Below are positions 11,801 through 25,515 of a stretch of DNA of 64,000 nucleotides, piece after piece. A model generated the notes under the pieces. That model had not been told where the DNA came from, did not search any database, and saw nothing but the letters and a program-made list of their open reading frames with translations. Origin of the DNA: Basidiobolus meristosporus CBS 931.73 (taxonomy: Eukaryota; Fungi; Basidiobolomycota); contig MCFE01000018.1 of NCBI GenBank assembly GCA_002104905.1, positions 182,066 to 246,065 on the forward strand, given 5' to 3'. The position numbers and the translations under genes are program-made. Position 1 is the stretch's first letter. Each line of letters opens with the position of its first letter.

Positions 11801-14800
11801 TAATGTACTAGTGCCGGTGTAGTTGACATGAACTTCCCAGCGTGTCATGTTTTATCCGAATCTTAGGTCACCAGCGTCAAGTCAAAGAATGTTTGGTGTA
11901 ACGACTTGAGTACTTGTAAAGAATAAAACGTCGATCGAGGGTTAATCTTAGTTGAATGTATGATATTGGTTGTGTTGAATAGTAATGAATTGACACTTAC
12001 TCCTATGAAGAGTAGGAAACGTTTTGATCGGATAAGTTAAGTTTGGTATCTTAGCATGAGTTTGACCTTGCGCTCTATATATAATTGAATCTCATTGATA
12101 GAAACGAAGTAAATGCAATATTACCTCCGTACTTCTGACAGGGCAATTGGCACTCTCCCAATCACCCCACCATCAGCAGTATACACCAGCATGTGGTGAC
12201 ATAAACAATCATTTCAAAATGTTAACTCTGTGACCTGCCAACCAGTAAGTGGTATTGTTGGCAATGCATCAAGATTAAAGGCATTACCTTTCGCAGATGT
12301 GTAGTCAAGAGTTATTAAAGAGATCTGTACGTTTCTATTGGTACAAGCATTATTCATATAGAAATTGACGATATGCGGATGGAATAAATGCTCAGATATA
12401 CCTAAATTGGGTGGATACTACCATGTTCATAACTTGCTTACCCTAATGTATCGGCCACTCGGTGGATCGAGATTGCTGAAGGAACCGATTAGTTCTGATT
12501 CCAGTTGGACTCTACATTAGGAACATAGGACATGTGAAGCCCAGCGATGTAAATGTGGAAATGGGAATAGAGGCCTGGTGCAAAGTGGCTGACTGCATTA
12601 CTACCAATAGCTGTCGATCATAACCCCGGAACAATAATGTCAGACGCAAGGAGTGGACAAATCATTCCTCAAGATGCAGCATAAAATCCTGACTAGGGTA
12701 CGGCAAACAGCAAGCCTAGTTTCACTCTACAGAAAGCCCGGCGTTCGACCGAACATTCCATTTGCAGCGTCTCTGCTTGGCTGCCTTCCATCCGAGGGTT
12801 ACTACTGTACAAGTACCGGTGTAGTTCGCATGATTTTCCAAGCATATCGTGTTATATCAGGAACGCAGGTCAAAAGCGTCAATTCGAAATTTATTTGTTG
12901 TTCTGATTAGAGTGCTTGTAAGGAATGAAACGACTATTGTGGGTGAATGTATGATATGGTGTAGGTTTCGTAGTTACGAATGAAAATTATTTCTCCTGTC
13001 AGGGAGTATGAAATATTCTGCTCGTATAATGCAAGTTTATTAGTTTAAATTTGAATCAACGTGGTGCAGTGTATATAATTTCATTGTAATCATAGGACTC
13101 GAGTCAATTTCTGGCCCTGAATACGAATCTCAAACGGGCAGAACGCGGTCTACATAATTCTGAACTATGAAAGGGTAGTGTTTTTAGGCCAGTAACATGG
13201 GTGGATTTCATTTCCACATTGATGAGTTATTTTAGCAAAATGACAACGTCGCCCATCATACCAGGAGTATTGGTCTCTGGATATCCAATCAACGAATAGC
13301 TTAAATTACCATGGCTTTAGCTACAGAAATCACTAGTAAGCGCCATAGAAAGGTCATATGCGGTACGTTTCAGTTCAGCTTTGTTACACACAAGAGTATT
13401 CATGAGGTCGTACCTGACGGTTGGGTCGCCGGAAGACTTGTTCATTTACGCCAAAGCCAGAGAAGTTCAGTTCAGAAAGTTCCGACTTGTAGATCGTGCG
13501 AACCGCCGTGTTATTGCAAACCAATCTGAATTGAAAAATCATCTTGAGCTGTCCATAATGTAGGTTACCGATAATGCTTGATTCATTTGCAAGATGATCA
13601 CCTATACACAACGGATTAAATCTTGAACGACCAATCTCTGGCTTGAAAGTAACAGGCCCTTTACTACCACTGAAGCTGGGTAGGCGACACATTGGGAAAT
13701 ATGGTAAGAGTATATTCCCAAATGTCCGCAGATTATTTCAACAAATTACCGCTGGATTGAGTCGGAAGCCATGCTATCTGAGATATTTGACGATACAAGT
13801 ACGCTGAACGAAAACCATATAAACATTTAACTAAGATTCACCATCAATAGACGTTTTATTCCTTACAACTACTCTGGTCATCATAACAAATAATTTTGAT
13901 TTGACTTTTGACCGGCGTTTCTGATATAACATGACCTGCTTAGAATTTCATGTGAACTACACCGGTACTTGTACAGTAGTAACCTCCGGATGGAAGGCAG
14001 CCAAGTAGAGACGCTGCAAACGGAATATTCGGTCGAACGGCGGGCTTTCTGTAGAGTGAAACTAGGCTTGCTGTTTGTCAAACCCTAGTCAGCCTTTTAT
14101 GCTGCATCTTTGGTAATGTTTTATTCCCTCATTGCGTATGGCATTATTGTTCCGGGGTGATGATCGACAGTTATTGGTTGATATACAGAATCAGCCACTT
14201 TGCTTCAAGCCTCTATATTCATTCCCACATTCACATTGCTGGGCTACACATGTCATTTTTTCCCTGCGTAGAGGTCAATGCGAATCTGTACTAATCGGAT
14301 CCTTCAGCTACCAAGATCCACGGAGTTGTTAATTCATGGAGATAAGCCATAGGTATGATGTACTAGTTCATGCTTATCTGAATGTAAATTCACCTGCACA
14401 TCATATATTGGTAGCTGATTACTGATAGTACTGATAGACCCGTATAGAACCCTTTAATAACTCTGACCACCAATCTGCGAAAGATCATGCCTTAAATCAA
14501 TATGCAATACAAACACTACAACTTTGATTGATAGGTCTTAAAGATGACATCTTGACTGGGTATCCTGTGTCAACATAATCCAACATTTATGGCTAATTCC
14601 CCGATCAGTAGTATGGGTGTAACATTGCAATGATGGCATTGGAGATCATTTTCTCAACCTGCCACGAAAATATATTTTCAATCAGCCGATTTATTATTCA
14701 TTACACTGTGCATCAAGATGGATGTATTCCTAGACGGCTTCGTCATAAATATAAACTGTTAGTCCGCTTAATCGTAGTGTAGTCTGAACAATAAGATCTA

Positions 14801-15439
14801 CTGAGTTGTATGGTCATATATCAACAGAAGCTGACGTAGAGAGTTCTGAACGGCACGATGACAACAGTGTAGGATATTTGGAATGATTTTTCAGTTCCAT
14901 CAGTTGATTGAAACCATCCCACAAGTGATGCGCATCCCATATCTACGGCACGGTGCTGCTAATCATTGTACCGCTTTCTTTAAACAGCAGGAATCAGATC
15001 ACAATTCTCTTTGGAACAACAACGCAAAAATAGCTCGTTGTGCTGACTTGCCAATTGGGAATTAGATCTATATCTTAGTAATAAGTTACAAGGCACATAC
15101 AGCTGAAAAATATCTTGTGTCAATCAGCAACCTTGAAATCACAATATTCACTCAACTAATATCATAAGTTCTATCACCACAGAAATTTTGAAATTTGTTG
15201 GAAAACATCCCATATAAATGTTAAGCAAATGTCACAATTGACCGACACCAAACATAACTCAAATCTACAAATGCAAGACCATAATCAATAAACAGTTTGT
15301 TCAGTACATATTTTCTAATCTGTGCAATAAATGAACATGACTGACACTTGTGACCTTTGGTAGGATTTACTACGACATGTTTGGAAAATTAGGGTGAAAA
15401 TCGCGGTCAATTGTAGAGTGGTAATTTCCGGGTGGAAGA

Positions 15440-15602
15440 GAATTTTCATGTTCTGGGTACCTGATGTTTTGGTGGAAATATTTTAAGTAAATTGCAACAA
15501 GGAATTTGGCCAGTATTCTCTAAGATTTGTAGGTAATAATGTAAGTGACCAAGTTAGGTGAATATTTAGCTGGAATAAGGGATTTTTACAACACTCCCAC
15601 TC
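15440..15602 (-). mobile_element. PPT plus partial 3' LTR of an older minus-strand copia
   Basis: Minus strand reads GAGTGGGAG-TGTTGTAAAA followed by LTR-like sequence. Confidence 0.8.
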
Positions 15603-15619
15603 AACTAAATGCTCATACT

Positions 15620-15952
15620 TGTTGTAAAAATTTGTAATTTCCACCTAAATATTCACCTAACTTAGTCACTTAGATCATTACCTTCAAATCCTAGAGAATA
15701 CTGACCAAATTCCTTGTTGGGATTTACTTGGAATATTTACCCAGAACCTGAAAATTAGATAAGTTGTCCAAACAGCCCCAAACTTTGCACACATGCTCTT
15801 GGGACCTTCCTTAACCTATTCTACATGTTTCTTATGCCAAGACCATGTAAAAGTATAAATACTACTTTTACATTCAATAAATCATCAGCTGAAAACCACA
15901 TAATCTACCTGTTCTCCCAATCACTTCCAATATCTCCAAGACTCTTACAACA
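15620..15952 (+). repeat. 5' LTR of copia A
   Basis: Begins TGTTGTAAAA, ends TTACAACA, followed by PBS. Confidence 0.95.
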
Positions 15953-15964
15953 GGTTATGAGCCC
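15953..15964 (+). promoter_or_regulatory. Primer-binding site GGTTATGAGCCC (anticodon arm of initiator tRNA-Met)
   Basis: Directly follows the LTR; reverse complement of GGGCUCAUAACC; also present at 25156-25167 on the minus strand. Confidence 0.85.
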
Positions 15965-18900
15965 CAAGCTGTCACTCTCTGCAATGTCTACTACTGCTAT
16001 TACTGGAACTTTTCCCTCTGCTGAAAAGTTGGATGGATCTAACCACCAAGTGTGGAAGGTGAAGATGAAGATGCTGCTACAAGAAAGAGACCTTTGGGAT
16101 ATTGTCATGGGAGAAGAATGCCCTCCTAAAAACGTGGGAGAGGAAGCCTTAAAGTACCAGAAGAAAGAAGAAAGTGCCTTTAACTGCATTTGCCTTAATG
16201 TCAAGGACAAATTGCTAATTCAATGCTCAAGAGCAAAAACAGCAAAGAATGCCTGGAAAGCATTAAAAGACACCTACCAGTCATGTTCAGCTACCAAGAA
16301 AATGTATCTGAGATGAAAATTTTTTACTACAAAGATGCAGCCAGGAGAAGAAATGAAAAATCTAATTGATAGAATTACCCTGCTGGTAGATGAGATGGAA
16401 CCAGTGGGCATACCAACTACTGATGAGGATGTGATAGTAACCATCCTGATTAGCCTGACAGACAAGTTTCAGGGCCTTGTATCAGCCCTAGAGTCCCAAA
16501 CTGAAGATTTGACTTTAAATTATGTATATGGAAGACTCCTGGATGAAGAATTAAGAAAATCAAGCGCCAATAAGAAGGAAGAAGAAAATGCTTTAATAAG
16601 CAATGATAACCAACAAAGGAGGTACCCAAGACCCTACAAAGGCAATAGCAACCTGTTTTGCAACTACTGCAAAAGGAAAGGACACACATCAGACTGGTGT
16701 CTCAAAAAGATATGATATGCTCTGACAATGGTGGAGAATTTACCTCAAAACTCTTCATCCACTTCTGCAAAGTTCATGGGATCAAGCAAGAGACTACTGT
16801 ACCATACTCCCCACAGCAAAATGGAGTAGCAGAATGTGCTAACAGATCAATAATTGATATGGCAAGATCTATGATCCATGATCAAAAATTATCCTATGAT
16901 TTTTGGGTGGAATCAGTTGCCACTGCTGTATACCTTAAAAATAGGAGTTATAACAGAATACTTCGTGATTCTACTCCATTTGAAGCATGGCATGGATACA
17001 GACCAAGTGCAGAACATCTAAGAATATTTGGGTGTACAGCATATGCCAAAAACTGCCTGGAAATCAGTCAAAATTTGAGCCAAAAAGTGTAAATGCATAT
17101 TTTTGGGCTACTGCAATGAGAGTAAGGCATACAGACTCTACAATACCAAAGCAAAGAAGCTGATCAAGTCCAGGGATGTGTTGTTTTATGAAAATTCAAA
17201 ATTTTCACAAAAAATGACATCAGATGATGACAAAAACTTGATCTCAAATCCTCCAATTGTAAGGATTGAATCAGAGCAAAACAATGAAATTTTTTTCACT
17301 CCAGAGGACTCTACAACCATGATTCAGCCAGAATCAGTGCCTAGGAATATCCCAGAAGTGATCATTCCACTATTAAATGCCCGGAGATCAAATTGGACAA
17401 GAAATAGCCCAAATTACTATATCAATGAAGGTACAAACTTAGCCTAAGCCTATTCAGTCCATATTGATGAACCCCAGACTGTAAAAGAGGGCCTAAATAG
17501 CCCTCAGATGAAGTTTTGGAGATCTGCAATGACTGAGGAATATCAGACCCTGATGGAGAATCAAACTTGGGACTTGGTCATATTACCAGTCAACCAGAAA
17601 TCAGTTGGATGCAGATGGGTCTTTAAGACAAATACAAAGCTGATGGTACAATTGAAAGATATAAAGCAAGACTTGTGGCCAAAGGATACTCTCAAACAAA
17701 AGGACTTGACTATACTGAGACCTTTGCACTGGTAGCCAAGTTTAATTCCATCAGATTGATATTGGCTGTTACAGCCAAATACAGCTTTTTATACATCAAA
17801 TGGATGTAAAAACTGCATTTTGAATGGAGAACTTGATGAGGACATGTATATGGACCAGCCTGATGGGTTTGCTGACCAAGATAACCCCCATTTGGTCTGC
17901 AAGCTTAAAAAGTCACTATATGGTCTCAAACAATCACCAAGAGCCTGGAATTGCAAGATAGATTCTTATTTGGAATCTTTGAGTTTCAAAAGGAGTAATG
18001 CTGACTATAGTAATACTATGAGCCAGATAGAGCAAGTCCAGTTCTATTAGCCCTATATGTGGATGATCTTATTATAGCCGCCAATAACCTAGCAACATTG
18101 GAAGAGATTAAATCCAGCCTATCTAAAGAGTTCAAGATGTCCAATCTAGGAGAACTCAGTTACTACTTGGGGATTAGGGTCTCCATAGACAGAAGTACCC
18201 AGACTATCACCCTAAGCCAATCCAACTATATTCAAGATATACTAAAGAAGTACCAAATGGAAGACTGTAAACCGGCAGCTACCCCAATGGAGACAAACCT
18301 TAACTTGGTCAAAACTCAACCAAATCAAGAGAGCTTGGTGCCATCTGAAAGCCCTGACTTTCCTTATCAATCTATGGTCAGCAGTCTGATGTATATCATG
18401 CTTGGAACACAACCAGATATCTCATATTCAGTGGGAGTTGTCAGCCAACATAATCAGAACTATGGATCTGATCATATTGCAGCAGTTAAGTGGATTTTTA
18501 GATACCTAAAAGGAACTGCTGATATCTGCTTAAGATACACTTATAAGAACTCAGAACAGAATTGTGTGGGATCCTCTGATGCAGATTGGGGACAAAACTT
18601 AGAATACAGAAGATCCACCACAGGATACACCTTTCTTTACTGTCAAGGAGCAATTTTATGGAATTTAAGAAAGCAACCAACCATAGCACTTTCTACCACA
18701 GAGGCAGAGTAAATGGCAGCCTGTGAAGCTACAAAAGAAGCAATGTGTGCAAGAAAGCTTTTTATAGATTTAGGCCATTGTCAAAAAATGCCTATTACTT
18801 TATTTCAAGATAAACAAGGATGTATACAATTAGGTAGAAATCCAACTTTTCATGCTAGAACCAAGCACATAGATATTAGACATCATTTCATATGTGAAGC

Positions 18901-19038
18901 TATAGAGAATAACTTAGTTAGCTTAGCCTACTGTCCTACAGATGAAATGATTGCAGAGATATTTACCAAACCATTAGCTAGAGACAAGTTTGAATATCTT
19001 AGGTCAGAATTAGGACTAGTCAGTGTGAACATTTAGCT

Positions 19039-19047
19039 GAGTGGGAG
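19039..19047 (+). promoter_or_regulatory. Polypurine tract GAGTGGGAG of copia A
   Basis: Immediately precedes the 3' LTR. Confidence 0.85.
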
Positions 19048-19396
19048 TGTTGTAAAATTCATAATTTCCACCTAAATACTCACCTAACTTAGTCACTTCA
19101 ATCATTACCCTGAAATCTTAGAGAATACTGACCAAATTCCTTGTTGGGATTTACTTGGAATATTTTCACCAAAATACCAGGTACCCAGAACATGAAAATT
19201 CTCAAAGTTGTCCAAACAGCCCCAAGCCTTGCACACATGTTCTTGGGACCTTCCTTAACCTACTCTATGTGTTTGTTATGCCAAGACCAGGTAAAAGTAT
19301 AAATACTACTTTTAAATTCAATAAATCATTAAGTGAAAACCACATAATCTACTTGTCCTCCCAATCACTTCCAATATCTCCAAGACTCTTACAACA
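19048..19396 (+). repeat. 3' LTR of copia A
   Basis: TGTTGTAAAA...TTACAACA. Confidence 0.95.
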
Positions 19397-19413
19397 TATT
19401 GGAGCTTCTGAAC

Positions 19414-19704
19414 CTAGTATTCCCAAGCTTGCTCAATGTCATTCATACCCTCTGTAAGGTGGTTCTCCATTGCTGTCAGCTGGGAATGAAAGCTTCTAGG
19501 ACTTTTGTTGCTGTAGATGGTGGGATGAGACCTTGTAGTGCAGTAGTTCTTGTAATAGCAGAGAAGCTTAACAAGAGTTCTCCTTGAGTAGATTGGGGTT
19601 GGTGGTGCACAGTACTTGCTATAGATCTCCTCTAATGTGTCAAAAGGAAGTCCAGTGATAGTGATGGGATTGATGAGAAAAGACCATTCAGATGAGTAAG
19701 TCAT
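19414..19704 (-). pseudogene. Possible DNA-transposase (Harbinger/IS5-like) N-terminal fragment
   Basis: TGLPFDTLEEIY...LVKLLCYYKNY.T.R pattern, CpG-poor; weak resemblance only. Confidence 0.3.
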
Positions 19705-19989
19705 ATTTTATTGGTAGGTGATTGGGCTGAGGTGATGTGAATTGATTTGGTGCAATCAGCTTTACTTAACTGATTTTCCATGCATTATGATTAAATCTCC
19801 ATCAATTGCCATGTGTCCCATCAATATGTTGCAAAAATTATCCGCAAACAACAACTTGGTATTTTTATTGATGCTTTACTCAAAGTCTACAATCAAATAG
19901 GAAATATGCAATTGATATGATCTGATCAGTGTCAATGCAATCCAAGATGTGTCATGCATAATATATGGAAAATGTTGTAATTATCAAGT

Positions 19990-20335
19990 TGTCACCAAAA
20001 TATTCATGCTAACTTAGTCACATAGATCTTGTTCTTTGATTAGCATTCTGTCCTGACCAAATTTCTTGTTGGGATTTAGTTAGAATATTTTCACCAAATA
20101 ATCAGGTACCCAGACTATGATCTTTCTCAAAGTTGTCCAAAAAGCCCCCAAACTTTGCACACATACTCTTAGGACCTTCCTTAACAAACTTTACACATAT
20201 GTTTGCTCTACTTTATCAAAAGTACAAATACCATACTTTTGATCAATAAATCTACAAGTGAGTAACATGTAAATCCTCTAGCTCTCTACATCACTTCCAA
20301 TACTCCTCAGAATATTGCAACCAAAAATTCAACAA
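19990..20335 (+). mobile_element. Degenerate copia LTR remnant
   Basis: ctaacttagtcac...gaccaaatt...cccaaactttgcacac similarity to the LTR family. Confidence 0.75.
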
Positions 20336-21170
20336 TCACATTAGTTTTCATACATATTCTATATAAGACCAGGTTGATGCCAATATACTACTGTATAAGT
20401 ATCCAAATCTGTCATTATGGTCCCTATACCAAGTCACAACTCATCCATAGTACAACACAGACAAAACACATCCCCCAGCTCATAAGTATGGTCCGGACCA
20501 GAAAAAGCAATGTTAGATCTGTTTGAGTTCTTGCCAAATGATTTTAGTATTGCCCAAGTGTCTATGATGAGCCTTCATACAGATATTTGGAACCACTCAT
20601 TAATTTAGCAAAACTAGATACCTCACAGAGTTGACAGAGATGGAAGTATCTGAGTAGAAAGCGGTGGCATGAGTCCTACATCAAGATGCAAGCAGATGTA
20701 TGTAAGTAGATATATAACAAGATAGGTATTGAAATCAAGAATGAGCTGAGAGTGAGGGGATTTGATGAGGAAGCCATGTGGGAACAATTTTGCATGCAAT
20801 TTGCCCAGTATGGGCTGGATGCACCTGTTTGTGCCCCAACTTTGGGAACCAAAGAGATTTTGAATGAGATTTTGCCTCAAGTGACTAATGTACTACGTGA
20901 TATATTAGTTGAGCCAAGTGGCTTCCAAGAGCAATGTACACAGGACTCATCCAGGCAACAGTTTCAAAGTATCAGACAGAAGGTAAGTGAATACCATGAG
21001 GAATCAGAAGGTGAGCCTCAAGAAGAAGAATACAGACCGCAAGCAACAGCATCCAGATTGTGCAAGCATGCCTTGCTGGATTCCTTACCATCCCTTGCAA
21101 ATTCAGCATGCTGGTGCATGTCAGTCCAAACTATACCAACACCCTTCACAAGAGCATCCCACATTAAGTC

Positions 21171-21519
21171 TGTTGTAAGAGTCTTGGAGATATTGGAAGT
21201 GATTGGGAGAACAAGTAGATTATGTGGTTTTCACTTAATGATTTATTGAATGTAAACGTGGTATTTATACTTTTACCTGGTCTTGGCATTACAAACACGT
21301 AGAATAGGTTAAGGAAGGTCCCAAGAACATGTGTGCAAAGTTTGGGGCTGTTTGGACAACTTTGAGAATTTTCATGTTCTGGGTACCTGGTATTTTGGTG
21401 AAAATATTCTAAGTAAATCCTGACAAGGAATTTGGTCAGTATTCTCTAGGATTTGAAGGTGATGATCTAAGTGACTAAGTTAGGTGAATATTTAGGTGGA
21501 AATACAAATTTTTACAACA
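21171..21519 (-). mobile_element. Solo copia LTR with TSD AAGTC
   Basis: Full LTR with AAGTC on both sides. Confidence 0.95.
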
Positions 21520-21624
21520 AAGTCAACTACCTTGGGTCAACATATGTGCTTCAGAGCAAACCTACAAGAGCTTGCCAAACAGCTCATATAGACACAAGTC
21601 CATTGGAGTGGGCCAAGTTGTGTT

Positions 21625-24600
21625 TGTTGTAAGAGTCTTGGAGATATTGGAAGTGATTGGGAGGACAAGTAGATTATGTGGCTTTCACTTAATGATTTAT
21701 TGAATGTAAAGTAGTATTTATACTTTTACCTGGTCTTGGCATAACAAACACATAGAGTAGGTTAAGGAAGGTCCCAAGAACATGTGTGCAAGGCTTGGGG
21801 CTGTTTGGACAACTTTGAGAATTTTCATGTTCTGGGTACCTGGTATTTTGGTGAAAATATTCCAAGTAAATCCCAACAAGGAATTTGGTCAGTATTCTCT
21901 AAGATTTCAGGGTAATGATTGAAGTGACTAAGTTAGGTGAGTATTTAGGTGGAAATTATGAATTTTACAACACTCCCACTCAGCTAAATGTTCATACCAC
22001 TTGATCCTAGTTTTGACCTAAGATATTCAAACTTGTCCCTAGCTAATGATTGGGTAAATATATCTGCAATCATTTCATCTGTAGGACAATAGGCTAAGCT
22101 AACTAAGTTATTCTCTATAGCTTCACATATGAAATGATGTCTAATATCTATGTGCTTGGTTCTAGCATGAAAAGTTGGATTTCTACCTAATTGTGTACAT
22201 CCTTGATTATCTTGAAATAAAGTAATAGGCTTTATTTGACATAGGCCTAAATCTGTAAAAAGCTTTCTTAACCACATTGCTTCTTTTGTAGCTTCACAAG
22301 CTGCCATATACTCTGCCTCTGTGGTAGAGAGTGATATGGTTGGTTGCTTTCTTGAATTCCATAAAATTGCTCCTTGACAGTAAAGAAAGGTGTATCCTGT
22401 GGTGGATCTTCTGTCTTCTAAGTTTTGTCCCCAATCAGCATCAGAATATGCCATAAGATCCTGTTCTGAATTCTTATAAATGTATCTTAAGCAGATATCA
22501 GCAGTTCCTTTTAGGTATCTAAAAATTTGCTTAACTGCTGCAATATGATCAGATCCATAGTTCTGATTATGTTGGCTGACAACTCATATATATAGTGACT
22601 TTTAAAGCTTGCAGACCAAATCAGGGTTATCTTGGTCAGGAAACCCATCAGGCTGGTCCATATACACGTCCTCATCAAGTTCTCCATTCAAAAATGCAGT
22701 TTTTACATCCATTTGATGTATAAAAAGCTGTATTTGGCTGTAACAGCCAATATCAATCTGATGGAATTAAACTTGGCTACCGGTGCAAAGGTCTCAGTAT
22801 AGTCAATTCCTTTTGTTTGAGAGTATACTTTGGCCACAAGTCTTGCTTTATATCTTTGAATTGTACCATCAGCCTTGTATTTTGTCTTAAAGACCCATCT
22901 GCATCCAATTGATTTCCAGTTGACTGGTAAATTGACTAAGTCCCAAGTTTGATTCTCTATCAAGGCCTGATATTCCTCAGTCATTGCAAATCTCCAAAAC
23001 TTTGTCTGAGGGCTATTTAGGGCCTCTTTTACAGTCTAGGGCTCATCAATATGGACTGAATAGGCAAAGGCTAAGTTTGTACCCTCATTGATATAGTAAT
23101 TTGGGCTATTTCTTGTCCAATTTGATCTCCGGGCATTTGATACTGGAATGATCACTTCTGTGATATTCCTGGGCACTGATTCTAACTGAACCATGGTTGT
23201 AAGTCTTCTGGAGTGAAAAAAATTTCATTGTTTTGCTTTGATTCAATCCTTACAATTGGTGGACTTGAGATCAAATTTTTGTCATCATCTGATGTCATTT
23301 TTTGTGAAAATTTTGAATTTTTATCAGACAACATATCCCTGGACTTGATCAGCTTCTTTGCTTTGGTATTGTAGAGTCTGTATGCTTTACTCTCATTGCA
23401 GTAGCCCAAAAATATGCATTTTACACTTTTTGGCTCAAATTTTGACTGATTTCCGGCCAGTTTTTTGGCATATGCTGTACACCCAAATATTCTTTGATGT
23501 TCTGCACTTGGTCTGTATCCATACCATGCTTCAAATGGAGTAGAATCACAAAGTATTCTGTTATAACTCCTATTTTTAAGGTATACAGCATTGGCAGCTG
23601 ATTCCGCTCAAAAATCATAGGATAATTTTTGATCATGGATCATAGATCTTGCCATATCAATTATTGATCTGTTAGCACATTCTGCTACTCCTTTTCACTG
23701 TAGGGAGTATGGTACAGTAGTCTCTTGCTTTATCCCATGAATTTTGCAGAAGTGGATGAAGAGTTTTGATGTATATTCTCCACCATTGTCAGAGCATATT
23801 TTCTTGATTTTTTCACCAGTTTCTCTCTCTGCCATGGCTTTGAACTCCCTGAACTTAGACAGAGCTTCTGCCTTTCTCTCCATGAAGTAGACCCATGTGT
23901 ATCTTGTATAATCATCAATAAAAGTGATTAAGTACTTCATCCCACCTAAGGATAAATTTTGCATAGGTCCACACAGATCTGAGTGAATTAGATCTATTTT
24001 TTTCTTAGTTTTGATTAGCCCAGGGCTCTGGAACAATTGTCTGGCTTGTTTCCCATATATGCAGGCTTCACAGTGCTCCAAATTTGCTGGGGGATTAATT
24101 TTTACTTCAGAAATTAGCTGATCTTTGATCATTTTGTGCAAGTAATCAAAATTGATGTGCCCAAATCTCCTGTGCCAAAGCATTGGTGTTTCTTCATTTA
24201 AGTTACTTATATTGGCTTCCAGATATGATGGTCTATAAGTCAACCTGTTTAGATTCTGATCTCTGATGCCCAAAGCAATATTGGCACCATTTTGATCAGT
24301 GATCCTGCATCCAGAATTGTCAAAACTGAAACTGAGTCCATCTGCTATGGCCTTGCTTACAGATAGTAGGTTCTTGGCTATTTCTGGTACATAGAGTACT
24401 TCTATAAAGGTCAGTGTGTAGCTTCCTTCACTGCTTCTAAGGTTAACTTGGTTAGTTCCTTCTCCCACTGCATCAAGTGTTCTATTGTCAACCATGAAAA
24501 CCTTCTTAATTGGAATTTCTTGATATTGGGTAAAAAGTTATTTTTGGTGTGTAAAGTGTTGAGATGTTCCAGAGTCAATATTCCATGTCTGAGAATCCTT

Positions 24601-25515
24601 GTTTGTGGTCATATTTAGTGCAGATATGAATAGCCTATCTTCAGTTGTTGCAGCATTTCCATATTTAGTCTTCTTTTGCTGATATCTCTCTTTATGAGAC
24701 ACCGGTCTGATGTGTGTCCTTTCCTTTTGCAGTAGTGACAAAACAGGTTGCTGTTGCCTTTGAAGGGTCTTGGGTACCTCCTTTGTTGGTTATCATTGCT
24801 TATTAAAGAATTTTCTTCTTCCTTAGCAACTGAACATGACTGGTAGGTGTCTTCTAATGCCTTCCAGGCATTCTCTGCTGTTTTTGTTCTTGAGCATTGA
24901 ATCAACAATTTGTCCTTGACATTAAGGCAAATGCAGTTGAAGGCACTTTGTTCCTTCTTCTGGTACATTAAGGCTTCCTCTCCCACATTTTTAGGAGGGC
25001 ACTCTTCTCCCATGACAATATCCCAAAGGCCTCTTTCTTGTGGCAGTATCTTCATCTTCACTTTCTACACTTGGTAGTTAGATCCATCCAACTTTTCAGC
25101 AGAGGGAAAAATTCCAGTAATAGCAGTGGTAGACTTTGCAGAGAGTGACAGCTTGGGGCTCATAACCTGTTGTAAGAGTCTTGGAGATGTTGGAAGTGAT
25201 TGGGAGGACAAGTAGATTATGTGGTTTTCACTTAATGATTTATTGAATGTAAAGTAGTATTTATACTTTTACCTGATCTTGGCATAACAAATACAAAGAA
25301 TAGGCTAAGGAAGGTCCCAAGTGCATGTGTGCAAAGTTTGGGGCTGTTTGGACAACTGTGAGAATTTCATGTTCTGGGTACCTGGTATTTTGGTGAAAAT
25401 ATTCCAAGTAAATACCAACAAGGAATTTGGTCAGTATTCTCTAGGATTTGAAGGTAATGATCTATGTGACTAAGTCAGGTGAGTATCAAGGTGGAAATCA
25501 CAAATTTTTACTACA
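21625..25515 (-). mobile_element. Ty1/copia LTR retrotransposon B, decayed, deletions in gag and RT; 5-bp TSD GTGTT
   Basis: LTRs 21625-21972 and 25168-25515; GTGTT on both flanks; protease WNIDSGTSQH, integrase HRRFGH/CEAC/HSDLCGP/SDNGGEY, RT and RNase H fragments. Confidence 0.97.

Larger units (their letters stand above)
410..14510. pseudogene. Array of degenerate RdRP copies, cluster 1
   Basis: N-terminal pieces (+ ~1760-2580, 4230-5100, 8880-9680, 11215-12110, 12230-13090; - ~410-720, 5540-6370, 13840-14510) share anchors with the intact gene (ttgacaaacagcaa vs ttgataaacagcaa; cgtctatcgag). Core pieces (- ~2620-3400, 9720-10440; + ~13150-13830) translate to DDHR.TDQIMN.QA, FGGHKGVL, DTN.LNENQI. 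C-terminal pieces (+ ~3410-3900, 10440-10930) carry agcagcacca..agatatgagat. Confidence 0.85.
15620..19396 (+). mobile_element. Ty1/copia LTR retrotransposon A, decayed, internally deleted (lacks protease and N-terminal integrase)
   Basis: TGTTG...CAACA LTRs, PBS, gag with CNYCKRKGHTSDWC knuckle, integrase SDNGGEF/PQQNGVAE, RT LKKSLYGLKQSPRAW and YVDD-type motif, RNase H KHIDIRHHF, PPT; multiple stops and frameshifts. Confidence 0.97.

Noticed and set aside
11280-12000. TGA-rich frame suggesting mitochondrial-code or mitovirus-derived sequence
   Set aside because: TAA and TAG stops also occur, and DNA anchors match the nuclear RdRP N-terminus in other frames.
15615-19401. Target-site duplication for copia A
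   Set aside because: Flanks ATACT and TATTG do not match, so the element is probably recombinant or rearranged.
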